Origin: Rubripirellula sp.
GTDB taxonomy: Bacteria; Planctomycetota; Planctomycetia; Pirellulales; Pirellulaceae
Length of the DNA stretch: 64,000 nt
NCBI GenBank assembly: GCA_965216875.1
Contig: OZ244207.1
Coordinates: 4,192,001-4,256,000, forward strand
Direction: 5' to 3'
In this document: positions 18,576 to 27,794 of the stretch, piece after piece
Layout of the letters: each line of letters opens with the position of its first letter
Position numbering within the stretch: the first letter of the stretch is position 1
The notes under the pieces: generated by a model
Seen by the model: only the letters and a program-made list of their open reading frames with translations
Databases searched by the model: none
What the model was told of the DNA's origin: nothing
Program-made: the position numbers and the translations under genes

Positions 18576-18736
18576 GGCCCGACGCTAGTAGCGCGTTCGG
18601 CTCACACCGTTCGTCGTCCCGCCTTCAGGCGGAATGAGAGAAGATTCCGGCTAAAGCTCGGTACTACGAACTCGTAGCGGGAGAAGGCCAGGTCGTGGTC
18701 GTGGAGTGTGGCCCGACGCTAGCGCGTTCGGCTCAC
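18576..18736. repeat. REP cluster between convergent genes
   Basis: Two copies of GCCCGACGCT(AGT)AGCGCGTTCGGCTCAC flank the inverted pair CCCGCCTTCAGGCGGAA / TTCCGGCTAAAGCTCGGTACTACGAAC. Confidence 0.85.
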
Positions 18737-18778
18737 TTTGTGTCATGCACAGCATGACCTACGCTCACCAAAAGCCAC

Positions 18779-21772
18779 TCAACGCGTCCAGGGTTGGTCG
18801 TCACCTTCGACAAGGAGATAGCGGCGGTTGGGCTCGGGTGCCGTGATGATCGCCTCGGCACCGGACGGCCATTTGATTTCGATGTGATCAATCTTTTCGG
18901 CATCGCCGATTCCGAAACCTGTCACCGCCTCGTTGCTGCACAGGAATCCGTCTCCACCGGTCACGAAGCCGGTCAACCGCTTTCCGTCAACAACGGCGAC
19001 GACCTCGGCACCAACAGCGCCACGTTCCGACTCGGTCCCGACCAACTCGACCTGTACCCAATTGAGTGAATCAGTTTGATTCTCAAGTAGAAGTGTCGGC
19101 GAGTGGAGGTGACCTGCGATCAAGTCCTGACGACCATCTCCATTCCAGTCGATCACCGCAAGCGTTCGCCCGTGACGCGTGATCTCCCAAAAGGTCGACG
19201 TGGCTTCGGATGCCGCATCGGTCACGAATCGACCAGCGATGCCACGAAAGAGTTGCGGACGCATTCGAAAAGGGGTCCCCGACCGCTCGATCACGTGCCC
19301 ATTGAGGACGGCGAGATCAAGCCAACCGTCACAGTCAAAGTCGACCGCCTGCGTTCCCCAGGCAACGGTTTTGCGAGTTTCGGAATAGAGACCGTAAGGC
19401 AAGGTTTTGTTGATGAACGTGCCACCTTTCTGTTGCAAATACAGATCCGACGGCTGGGTCCAGAAATTGGTTACGTGCAGATCGATCATGCCGTTGCGAT
19501 CAAAGTCCCCTGCGGCTGTGCCCATGCAGCCATGCTCGGTATCGGCAAAACCGTTTGCGAGTCCAGAGACCTGTGCGGATTCAACCAGCGCTGACGGATT
19601 GGCTTCCGCTGCGTCCGGCACGCTGCGCCAGTAATGGTTGCTGACAACGTCGTTTGCAACAAAGACGTCGTTTCCATCGCGTCGATCAAAGTTGGCGATG
19701 ATGGCGGCAAAACCTGGGCCCGGCGCCGCTTGGAGCTCATCGCGTTTTACACCGAAGCTGCCGTCACCCGTGTTCCAAAGAATCTGGTCGACCGCGTGTT
19801 TGTAGCCGCTGGGAACACAGGCGGTCTCGGTCGCCGTGCAGGGCGTGCTCAGCGCTCTGGGGTCGTCCACATAGTTCACTTCAAAGACATCCGGCAAACC
19901 ATTGCCGCTCAGGTCGCCACAAGCGACCACGGTGGTCCAATCGCCGCGCTGAGTTCCCGGTGTCTGTTGGCGACGAAAAGTGCCGTCACCACAGTTGATG
20001 TAGGTAGCGTTGGGACCGATGTTCGCGATCACCAAATCGGGAAAACCGTCCTGATTCAGGTCGGCGACCGCAACGCCTTGTCCGTACCCTCGGTCGTCGA
20101 TACCAGCCAAGGCCGCAACATCGACAAACGCTTTTCCAGCAAGATTGCGTTGCAATCCGTTGGGCTCGGAACCAGCGGCGTCGTATGCTTCGCCGCCAGC
20201 TTGAGACAATGCGACGTCAGGCCGTCCATCCAAGTCATAATCAATCACACCGATGCCGCCGCCGGTGAGTTGGTGCAAAAAGACCGTCGTGTCGTCCGGA
20301 TCATCGCCATTGTTGTATTGAAACTCGAATCCGACTTGCTTGGAAATGTCCTGCAGCGAAATTGCTCGGGGCGTCCCTTGGTACAACGGCTGCTGGGGCA
20401 ATGGCTTGGTGGTGGGAACTCCGACAAGCTTGGCTGCCGGCAGCGGGAACTTGTCGACATCGATTCCACACGTCCGCCAATCGTCCGCTGTATTGTCGAG
20501 CTCTTCAGCCGCGGCAAGTTCCTCGCGAGCCGTCACGATCTCAGCCTTTTCGGCGTCAGTGTATCCATGCAATCGGCTCGACACTTCGCGCCAGCCAACC
20601 GCTTCCCAAGGTCGCTTCAGTTCGACCATCCGCTCGGCCACCGCCTCGAGATCCTCTTTCGAACCAGGCTCCACCCCAATCCCCGCCATGACTTCAGCGA
20701 TGTCGGCCAGCAATTGGAATCGCTGTTGTGCCTCATTGGCCGCTTCGCTGTAACCGAGCGACTGCAAACACTGACCAAGACGGGCATAGGCAAACCGATC
20801 GGTTTCATCGATCAGCACCGCTTCGCAAAAGCAACGAACCGCTTCTTCGACGTGTCCGTTGCGTTGCAACCAGATTCCCAACGCGCGCCAATACTCGGGC
20901 TCGGCCGCAATGCCTTCGGGAACTTTGGTGATCCATAATTGCATCGCCCGATCGTCATCCGCCTCAGCGAACACGACGCCAAGGAAAGCAAAGACGGCCG
21001 GCGAGGGTTCTTCTTGATTGATCGCCAGTCTTTCGATCAGGCTGCGTGCCTGACGCAGTTCACCCACATGCCAATGCTCCTTGGCTTTCCCCAACACCGT
21101 CATCGTCCACTGCTGCTCCGAATCAGCCGGCAAATCAACTCCCGCATCGGTGAACGCGTCGGCATAACAACTCATCGAGAACATGTCTTTCTCGGTCGCA
21201 TCGCCATCCCGCAACAGATAGTCGAGGTGTGGTTTTGTGGCGATCCGTCGTCCCTGGTTGTTCAGCAATGACGCCACGCGATGGCGAATTCGATTCGACT
21301 CGGGAAACATCTCGAGGATGCGTTCGAGTTTTGCAGCAGCAAGGTCGAGTCGATCGATGTCTGCCAACAGGTTGCTGGCGCGTTCAAGGGCAGCCGCCAT
21401 GACATTGTCCGCCCCCTTGACCGATTCAAGCGTGGCGACCGCCTCCATCACTTGTCCCTTCGCCGCTTGGCATTCCGCAGCAAGGATGATGTATTCAGGT
21501 TTCTCAGGATCGGCGATCAACAACTTCTGGACGATCGCTTCGGCTTCTTCGGTGTTACCGAACTCAAGACGCTGGCCCGCCAACTCGTACAATTCTTCCG
21601 GCGAGCGAGTCTCGTTTTTTGCCGTTTGCTGACGCTGGCGGCTGCGAAGAAGTTGTTCGTTGCTATTGCCTTTGCCGCACCCCCAAGCGAGGGCAAGGGT
21701 CATCAAGGCAATCGAAAGCATCCCAAATCGTCGAATCAAACGCATATCAAAAAACCACGCCGAAAAATCCAC
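18779..21772 (-). CDS. TPR + FG-GAP repeat + ASPIC/UnbV domain protein (CRTAC1-like), probable lipoprotein
   Basis: Lipobox-like LAWGC; N-terminal TPRs; GGGIGVIDYDLDG, DLNQDGFPDL, DFDRNGMIDL, DWNGDGRQDL; C-terminal GDGFLCSNE...GIG...IKWPSG. Confidence 0.9.
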   Translation of the reverse strand: MDFSAWFFDMRLIRRFGMLSIALMTLALAWGCGKGNSNEQLLRSRQRQQTAKNETRSPEELYELAGQRLEFGNTEEAEAIVQKLLIADPEKPEYIILAAECQAAKGQVMEAVATLESVKGADNVMAAALERASNLLADIDRLDLAAAKLERILEMFPESNRIRHRVASLLNNQGRRIATKPHLDYLLRDGDATEKDMFSMSCYADAFTDAGVDLPADSEQQWTMTVLGKAKEHWHVGELRQARSLIERLAINQEEPSPAVFAFLGVVFAEADDDRAMQLWITKVPEGIAAEPEYWRALGIWLQRNGHVEEAVRCFCEAVLIDETDRFAYARLGQCLQSLGYSEAANEAQQRFQLLADIAEVMAGIGVEPGSKEDLEAVAERMVELKRPWEAVGWREVSSRLHGYTDAEKAEIVTAREELAAAEELDNTADDWRTCGIDVDKFPLPAAKLVGVPTTKPLPQQPLYQGTPRAISLQDISKQVGFEFQYNNGDDPDDTTVFLHQLTGGGIGVIDYDLDGRPDVALSQAGGEAYDAAGSEPNGLQRNLAGKAFVDVAALAGIDDRGYGQGVAVADLNQDGFPDLVIANIGPNATYINCGDGTFRRQQTPGTQRGDWTTVVACGDLSGNGLPDVFEVNYVDDPRALSTPCTATETACVPSGYKHAVDQILWNTGDGSFGVKRDELQAAPGPGFAAIIANFDRRDGNDVFVANDVVSNHYWRSVPDAAEANPSALVESAQVSGLANGFADTEHGCMGTAAGDFDRNGMIDLHVTNFWTQPSDLYLQQKGGTFINKTLPYGLYSETRKTVAWGTQAVDFDCDGWLDLAVLNGHVIERSGTPFRMRPQLFRGIAGRFVTDAASEATSTFWEITRHGRTLAVIDWNGDGRQDLIAGHLHSPTLLLENQTDSLNWVQVELVGTESERGAVGAEVVAVVDGKRLTGFVTGGDGFLCSNEAVTGFGIGDAEKIDHIEIKWPSGAEAIITAPEPNRRYLLVEGDDQPWTR

Positions 21773-21856
21773 TGGCAGCTACCGATGCGGCCGCCAAAGG
21801 CTCCATTCTAGCGTGGTTGTGTACGTTTTCAGTGGGACATTGCGAATCCGTCGCAC

Positions 21857-23611
21857 TTAGCGAAGTGGCCCGCGAATGGCCGAGCGAAGTCGTCCCAGAT
21901 AGACGTCCGCATCGCCGACTTCTTTCAAGACCTTTTGGCTCATCTCTTCGATCGACTTGTTGGCCGTCGCCAAGAGAGCGTTGGCCTGGTTCTGGTTGGT
22001 CCCGATGAGTGCATTCAACTCGGCCGCCTGCTGGTTGTAGGCCTTGTTGATCGCCTCGGTGCGTTGACGTCGGAAGACCGCGATTTGTTCGACAGCAGCC
22101 TGGCGAGCAGCATCTTGGAAAATGGAACCCAGGTTAGTGCTGATCTTCATGTCCAGATCGTCCCAGGTGCCGTCAAATCGAGCATCGATCTTCAAGCGAT
22201 CCACGCCTGCCAGGCTCGATTGGATTGCCCGAGCCGCAGGGGTCGTCGCATACTTGGGATGCGTCGCCAACGTCATCTTCAAACCGGTCTGCTTGCTGAT
22301 CAATTGACCGTTGACTTGGTCACCGTCAATCTTCAGTTGAACCCAAAGTTCACGCTGGCCACCTTCGATCTTGATTCCAGCATCGTGTGCGTTGCCCAAC
22401 ATCAACGGCTTGACGTCGGTGGTGGGCCACAGCAGAGTCACATGGTCGACGTCTTCACCCCGACGACGATCTCGCACGTAGTCGATCTCCAGGACTTCGG
22501 GGCCTTCAAGGCGAGCGCGAAACCGGGTTGGTTCTTCCAACAACTCGGGGGTCGGAGCAAGGTTGTAGAGTCGTCCCGATAACGCATAGGTCGTTCCACC
22601 CGATCGCATCAAACCGGACACAGTGCAGCGACGAATCAACAACTCAGGGCGTTGAACCACGTCAAGGTCGTGTGTGACTCCGCGAATGCGATCGCTCTCG
22701 GGTGACACCACGGTGTAGTCAGCGATCTTCTTGCCGCCGTCGAGGTAACCGCGAACACGGTCAACTTGTTGACGAACGGCTTCGGCCAAAATATCGAGGT
22801 CAACACTGTTGTTGTTGATCACCCCTTCCGGCACATATTGGCTTGCTCGTTGCAAGTCGATTTGGCGAGCCGTGTCCAACTCAGCCATTTGCAACTGCAG
22901 TTGGCTGGGAAGTGAATTGAGTTCTTCGCCGACGGTCAACCATTCGCTTCGCAGTTGTCGTGCTTCGGCAAGCGTCGATTCGAGCTGTTGCCAATCGCGA
23001 AGTGGGTTTTCGATCCCTTTGGCTTGATCGCGAACGGTGCGAATCTGACGCTCGAGGCTTTCGGCGCGATCGGTCAAATCCTTGTAGCGTTTTTGCCAGT
23101 CGCCTTTGAGGCGTTTACTAACACGCACCGTTTCGAGGTCTTTGTACAGTTCTTCGGATTGATCCGAGAGCGAGCCCGCAGCACCGCGCAAGATTCGCCC
23201 CAGCATTGACGGTTGATCGGAAACACTCGCTGGTTCCTCTTCAACCTCGCCGAGGTGCCCTGATGTTTCGCGAGCGGTATCGATTTCCAATCCGGTAATC
23301 GATCCATCACTGACGACCCAACGACGTCGCAACAGAGCGTCACCATCGATGGTCAAACTGACACTATCGGCTGTGATGGCGTTGCGCATCGCTTTGCCGT
23401 CGCGTGGATCGGCGATCGCAATGTCATCGTAATGAATGCGTGGTGGAAAAAGCCCGACGCGTGTTTGAGCCACTTCCACTTTGGCCCCCGTCACCGTTTC
23501 GATTGCAGCAACCGAAACGTAACCGACGACGCGTCCCAACCCTGCAACCAACAGCGTGATTGCGGCGATCACGACGATCAGCCGCGTCAATACAAAACGC
23601 CAGCGAATCAT
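21857..23611 (-). CDS. TIGR03545 family protein
   Basis: MIRWRFVLTR N-terminal anchor, ETVTGAKVEV, ARETSGHL, coiled coils. Overlaps the upstream TIGR03546-like gene by 4 bp. Confidence 0.75.
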   Translation of the reverse strand: MIRWRFVLTRLIVVIAAITLLVAGLGRVVGYVSVAAIETVTGAKVEVAQTRVGLFPPRIHYDDIAIADPRDGKAMRNAITADSVSLTIDGDALLRRRWVVSDGSITGLEIDTARETSGHLGEVEEEPASVSDQPSMLGRILRGAAGSLSDQSEELYKDLETVRVSKRLKGDWQKRYKDLTDRAESLERQIRTVRDQAKGIENPLRDWQQLESTLAEARQLRSEWLTVGEELNSLPSQLQLQMAELDTARQIDLQRASQYVPEGVINNNSVDLDILAEAVRQQVDRVRGYLDGGKKIADYTVVSPESDRIRGVTHDLDVVQRPELLIRRCTVSGLMRSGGTTYALSGRLYNLAPTPELLEEPTRFRARLEGPEVLEIDYVRDRRRGEDVDHVTLLWPTTDVKPLMLGNAHDAGIKIEGGQRELWVQLKIDGDQVNGQLISKQTGLKMTLATHPKYATTPAARAIQSSLAGVDRLKIDARFDGTWDDLDMKISTNLGSIFQDAARQAAVEQIAVFRRQRTEAINKAYNQQAAELNALIGTNQNQANALLATANKSIEEMSQKVLKEVGDADVYLGRLRSAIRGPLR

Positions 23612-24549
23612 GCCACTTTCCTTTGTTGAGAGTCGCGAAGTTGGCGAAGCAAGTAGTTCAATGCCTCGTCCATGGGCTGCTGATTGCCATCGGCGGTCTC
23701 TTCGGGTGCCGCCGGTGCTTCGCTGCCCTGATCGGTCGCGCGAGCTGCTTTGGTCTCGCGATAATCTTTCATGCGGATCACATCGATCCGTGTTTCGACG
23801 GCAACGTCCTTCGATTGCTGATCGAAATCGTCGTCGTCCTGTTCGGCCAACGCGTTTTCCAGTCGCGCGTCGAAGCCTTCGATATCAGCGTTCGCCGCCG
23901 ACGTGTCCGTCGCGGCGGCCGGTTGATGGTCAACGTGTTGCGTTGCCGACGCTTCGGACGCTACAGCCGTTTGCGAGTCGACAGCCGGCTCAGGCGCCTG
24001 TCGGTGCGGAGCCACAACGGTCGAGTGGCTTTGATCCACCAAAATGATCTGATGACTCGATCGCTCGGGTTCTTGCTTGTTTTCAGCCGCGTCCTTCGGT
24101 TCAGGTTCCATCTCAACCGGCGGTGCGAACAGACGAAATAGCGGGTAGGTCACAACAAAGATCGGGACAAGCAATCCTACGCCCAGCAGGAAGCTGCCCA
24201 TCACAACAGTGTTGTTGAGGTCGGTCCACGGAACGAGCGGCAATTGCCAGGCCCGAACCGCGACGTCGGTGACGCGTTGATCAGACAAGACGCGTTCGCC
24301 AAGCTGATGCGAGAAGGGATCAAACCAAGTCGCCGCAAACGTGGTCGCCACCGCGGTCAAACCGGCCATCGCATGATTGAGCTTGAGCGACAGCACGACC
24401 AACAGAATGCCGAGTGCGAGCAGATTGCCATGGGGCACGACGCCCAAAAGGAAGCCGAACGCAACGCCCCAAGCAAGTTGATGGGGGTATTTGCGACCAG
24501 CCACCGCGCGGCGTGCCGTTTTCACAAGTTTGATCGTCCAAATGATCAT
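23608..24549 (-). CDS. TIGR03546 / DUF2062 family membrane protein with acidic tail
   Basis: PHQLAWGVAFGFLLGVVPHGNL and PLVPWTDLNNTVVMGS. Confidence 0.8.
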   Translation of the reverse strand: MIIWTIKLVKTARRAVAGRKYPHQLAWGVAFGFLLGVVPHGNLLALGILLVVLSLKLNHAMAGLTAVATTFAATWFDPFSHQLGERVLSDQRVTDVAVRAWQLPLVPWTDLNNTVVMGSFLLGVGLLVPIFVVTYPLFRLFAPPVEMEPEPKDAAENKQEPERSSHQIILVDQSHSTVVAPHRQAPEPAVDSQTAVASEASATQHVDHQPAAATDTSAANADIEGFDARLENALAEQDDDDFDQQSKDVAVETRIDVIRMKDYRETKAARATDQGSEAPAAPEETADGNQQPMDEALNYLLRQLRDSQQRKVA

Positions 24550-24693
24550 TGCGGTGCGCCTCCATGCGCGTGCAATGGGTAAAGGGATACCTTCACTCGC
24601 TTTATCGGCCCTCTCGAGCCTGAATATTCAATACAGCCCGCAGAATTTCCCAATCCAGACCATTTTTCGGTCGCCCGGTTTCACGAGGCTTTC

Positions 24694-24756
24694 GTTCGTA
24701 GTACCGAGCATGGGCCGGAATCTCCGACACTTCCGCCTCAGGGCGGGACCACGAAC
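24694..24756. repeat. Degenerate REP inverted pair
   Basis: GTTCGTAGTACCGAGCATGGGCCGGAA...TTCCGCCTCAGGGCGGGACCACGAAC, same family as 4829, 18610 and 45324. Confidence 0.7.
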
Positions 24757-24923
24757 AGGACTCCAGCCGTCCCAGTATTGGCTTGGCGCCAGAATCTGCG
24801 AGAATTGTGGGGCTGATCCCATTTTGTTGTGACCAGACGTGTCAAAACCGGGGTCGAAGCTATGGAAGCTGAATCATTTTTCCGAGTGATTGCACCAATC
24901 ACCTGTGGCCGCGACGTTAACCT

Positions 24924-27794
24924 GTGAAACTCTTTTCAACTTCATGTGAAACTCTCTTTCTCGGCTGGGACGGGCCGCTGTTGCCCCAAAGTGTCGATCT
25001 GTTAAGGGATCGATTTGCCCAAAAAGGGAAATGGAACCTCGCCTCGCTCCTGTGCGTGCTGCCAGCCCAACGTGCGGCCGAGCGACTGGCTGAACTTCTC
25101 GAGTGGTCGGCCGAAGAGCACGACCTGCAGTACACGCCGCCAACGATCATCACGGTCGGACAACTTCCCGAGTTCCTCTACAAGCCACGTCGACCACTGG
25201 CGTTGGAATTCGAACAAACCCTCGCTTGGGTGCAGGTCTTGCGAGCCTGCTCGGCGACCAAACTCAGCCCACTCGTTTCCAATGTGCCACGCTTGGAATT
25301 GATCACGCCATGGATGGAGCTGGCAGGAACGTTGCGTCGCTTACAGGAACAGTTGGCCGCGGCCGGCTTGAGCTTCCGCGATGTGGCCGAGGTCTCCGAA
25401 ACCGATGCCGAAAAGCGCCGCTGGAAACTGCTGAGCAAACTTTACGACGACTACCTTGGCGTGATGCAGTCGGCCGGTTTGGCGGACCCACATTGGTCGC
25501 GCCGCGAAGCGATCGAGTCGGGAAGGTGTCGTTCCGATCAAACCGTGGTCATGATCGGCACGATCGATTTGAGTAGTGCGGTGGTGAACATGCTTCGCGC
25601 ACTGGAAACCGATTTGATTGCGTTGGTCGCGGCCCCACCAAGCCAAGCATTCCAGTTTGATGAATTCGGTTGCCTTGATACCGCCGCTTGGTTGCAGCAT
25701 GAAGTGCCCGTCCAAGATCATCAATTGATTGCTGCCGGTGATATCTCCGATCAATCGTCCGCCGTCGCCGAAACCATTGCCGACTATGGACAACGTTTCT
25801 CGGCAGACCAAATCACGATCGGTGTGACCGACGAGTCTCATGTCGCGCCGGTCGAAGTCGAATTGTCAGGTTGCGGCGTCGATACGTTTCGGCACCTCGG
25901 TTGGACTGTTTCAGAAACGTCGGTTGGACGTTTATTGCAAACCACCGCGTCCTTCTTGCAACGACGCACTTGGTCGTCGCTTGCCGCACTGGTGCGTCAT
26001 GCCGACGTTCACCGCGCGATCGACGCGCACTTGCGATCGCTTCCCGATGATCAAGCGATCGGTGAAACCGTCGATTGGCTCGCCGAAATCGATAGTTTGT
26101 TAGCCAACCACTATCCGATCCGCGTGACGACTCCGTTGGCCAAGGCGGCCTTCCAAGCCCATCCGGTCGCAAAGCAGGTTGCCGATCTGGTTCAAACTTG
26201 GCTGGATCCCTTTATCGGAAACGAAAAAACGATCGCCGGCTGGTGCGAACAACTCGACAAGTGGCTTTCGAAAGTCTTTCAATCGCGCGTCCAACCCGAA
26301 TCGGAACCTGTTGATGTGTTGCAACATGACCGTGTTGCGCTGGCATTGTCGGCCGTGCGTCGCAGGTTCGAACGATTCTCTTCACTGAACGACTCGCTCG
26401 ATTTTCACATGTCCGGCGGCGCCGCGATCGAACTTCTCTCGGGACGTTTGGCGGACGTACGATTGGTCCCCCCCGCGACGCCACAGCAAATTGAAATCCT
26501 CGGTTGGCTCGACCTCGCCCTTGATGATGCGCCGGCGATGGTCGTGCTTGGTTTGAACCATCCCTTCGTGCCGGCTGCGACAACGAGCGACCCCTTCTTG
26601 CCGGGTGCCCTGCGATCAAAACTGCGCGTTGGCGACAACGAACGTCGGTACGCGCGTGATGTTTACGCAATGCAGTTGATGTTGTCGACGCGTTCGGCAA
26701 CTCGATTCATCGTGGGCAAATCGGCTGCCGACCGCTCACCCACACCGCCCAGTCGACTGCTCGCAGCAGCGCCGAAAGCGGACGTGGCTCGTCGAATGCG
26801 CAACCTACTCGACGGGACACGTGACCGCGTGATTGTTCACCATCGTTGGGATGTCGGATCGACAACGAACCTGCCCGTCCCGAATTTGCCTAAGGTCAAC
26901 GGCGACGACCAACCCTACGTGATTGAAAGTCTTAGCGTCACGGCGTTCCGCGATTACCTCGCCTGTCCCTACCGTTTCTTCCTAAGGCATGTCCTGAAAC
27001 TCAAGCCGATCGACGACTCGGCAAGTGAACTTGCCGCCAATCAATTTGGTGACCTGGTTCATGCGTCGCTCGAACGATTCGGCTTGTCCGATGATCGCGA
27101 CGAATCGAACCCCGACAAGATCAAGGACCTGCTGGACGAACATTTGAAGGCCTACGCCGACGAGATGTATGGCGACTCGGCTTCGACGGCTGTGGCAATT
27201 CAAGTGGAACAGGCACAACGGCGACTCGATGTTGTTGCCCACCAACAGGCGCTTCGTTATGCCGACGGTTGGCGTATCCATGCAACCGAAGCTTCGGTTG
27301 GTAAAAAGGAAAACGCAGGAGTCAAGGTTGACGACGTCTTCATGGGGCTCAAGGGACGCTTCGACCGGATCGACAAACACATCGACGGTCGCTGGGCGAT
27401 CCTGGACTACAAGACCCACGGCCACAAGCCCGAGAAGAAACACCTTCGCAAGACTGATGATGGCGACCAGTGGATCGACCTTCAGTTGCCCCTTTATCGC
27501 ATGATGATTCCCTTCTTGGGCATCGATGCTGATCCCGAATCGGTCGAATTGGGCTACTTCAATGTCGCCGAAAAGGCCGAAGATACGCGAATCAACATCG
27601 CCGGGTTCACACCACCGCAAATGCAGCAAGCGGAAACACTCATTCACGATTGCATTCGCGGCATTCGCCGTGGTGATTTCGAGCCGACGAACGACCGCGT
27701 GCAGTTTGACGACTACGGCATGATCCTGCAGACCGGCGTGGCAAGTCGGTTGATGGACCTTGCTGACCTCGTGATCGAGGAGCCGGTGGTATGA
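24924..27794 (+). CDS. addB: AddB/RexB-like protein: inactive helicase scaffold plus C-terminal PD-(D/E)xK nuclease
   Basis: SLSVTAFRDYLACPYRFFL, FGDLVHASL, LKGRFDRIDKH, ILDYKT, DLQLPLY. Coupled (ATGA) to a UvrD-type helicase. Confidence 0.8.
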   Translation: MKLFSTSCETLFLGWDGPLLPQSVDLLRDRFAQKGKWNLASLLCVLPAQRAAERLAELLEWSAEEHDLQYTPPTIITVGQLPEFLYKPRRPLALEFEQTLAWVQVLRACSATKLSPLVSNVPRLELITPWMELAGTLRRLQEQLAAAGLSFRDVAEVSETDAEKRRWKLLSKLYDDYLGVMQSAGLADPHWSRREAIESGRCRSDQTVVMIGTIDLSSAVVNMLRALETDLIALVAAPPSQAFQFDEFGCLDTAAWLQHEVPVQDHQLIAAGDISDQSSAVAETIADYGQRFSADQITIGVTDESHVAPVEVELSGCGVDTFRHLGWTVSETSVGRLLQTTASFLQRRTWSSLAALVRHADVHRAIDAHLRSLPDDQAIGETVDWLAEIDSLLANHYPIRVTTPLAKAAFQAHPVAKQVADLVQTWLDPFIGNEKTIAGWCEQLDKWLSKVFQSRVQPESEPVDVLQHDRVALALSAVRRRFERFSSLNDSLDFHMSGGAAIELLSGRLADVRLVPPATPQQIEILGWLDLALDDAPAMVVLGLNHPFVPAATTSDPFLPGALRSKLRVGDNERRYARDVYAMQLMLSTRSATRFIVGKSAADRSPTPPSRLLAAAPKADVARRMRNLLDGTRDRVIVHHRWDVGSTTNLPVPNLPKVNGDDQPYVIESLSVTAFRDYLACPYRFFLRHVLKLKPIDDSASELAANQFGDLVHASLERFGLSDDRDESNPDKIKDLLDEHLKAYADEMYGDSASTAVAIQVEQAQRRLDVVAHQQALRYADGWRIHATEASVGKKENAGVKVDDVFMGLKGRFDRIDKHIDGRWAILDYKTHGHKPEKKHLRKTDDGDQWIDLQLPLYRMMIPFLGIDADPESVELGYFNVAEKAEDTRINIAGFTPPQMQQAETLIHDCIRGIRRGDFEPTNDRVQFDDYGMILQTGVASRLMDLADLVIEEPVV

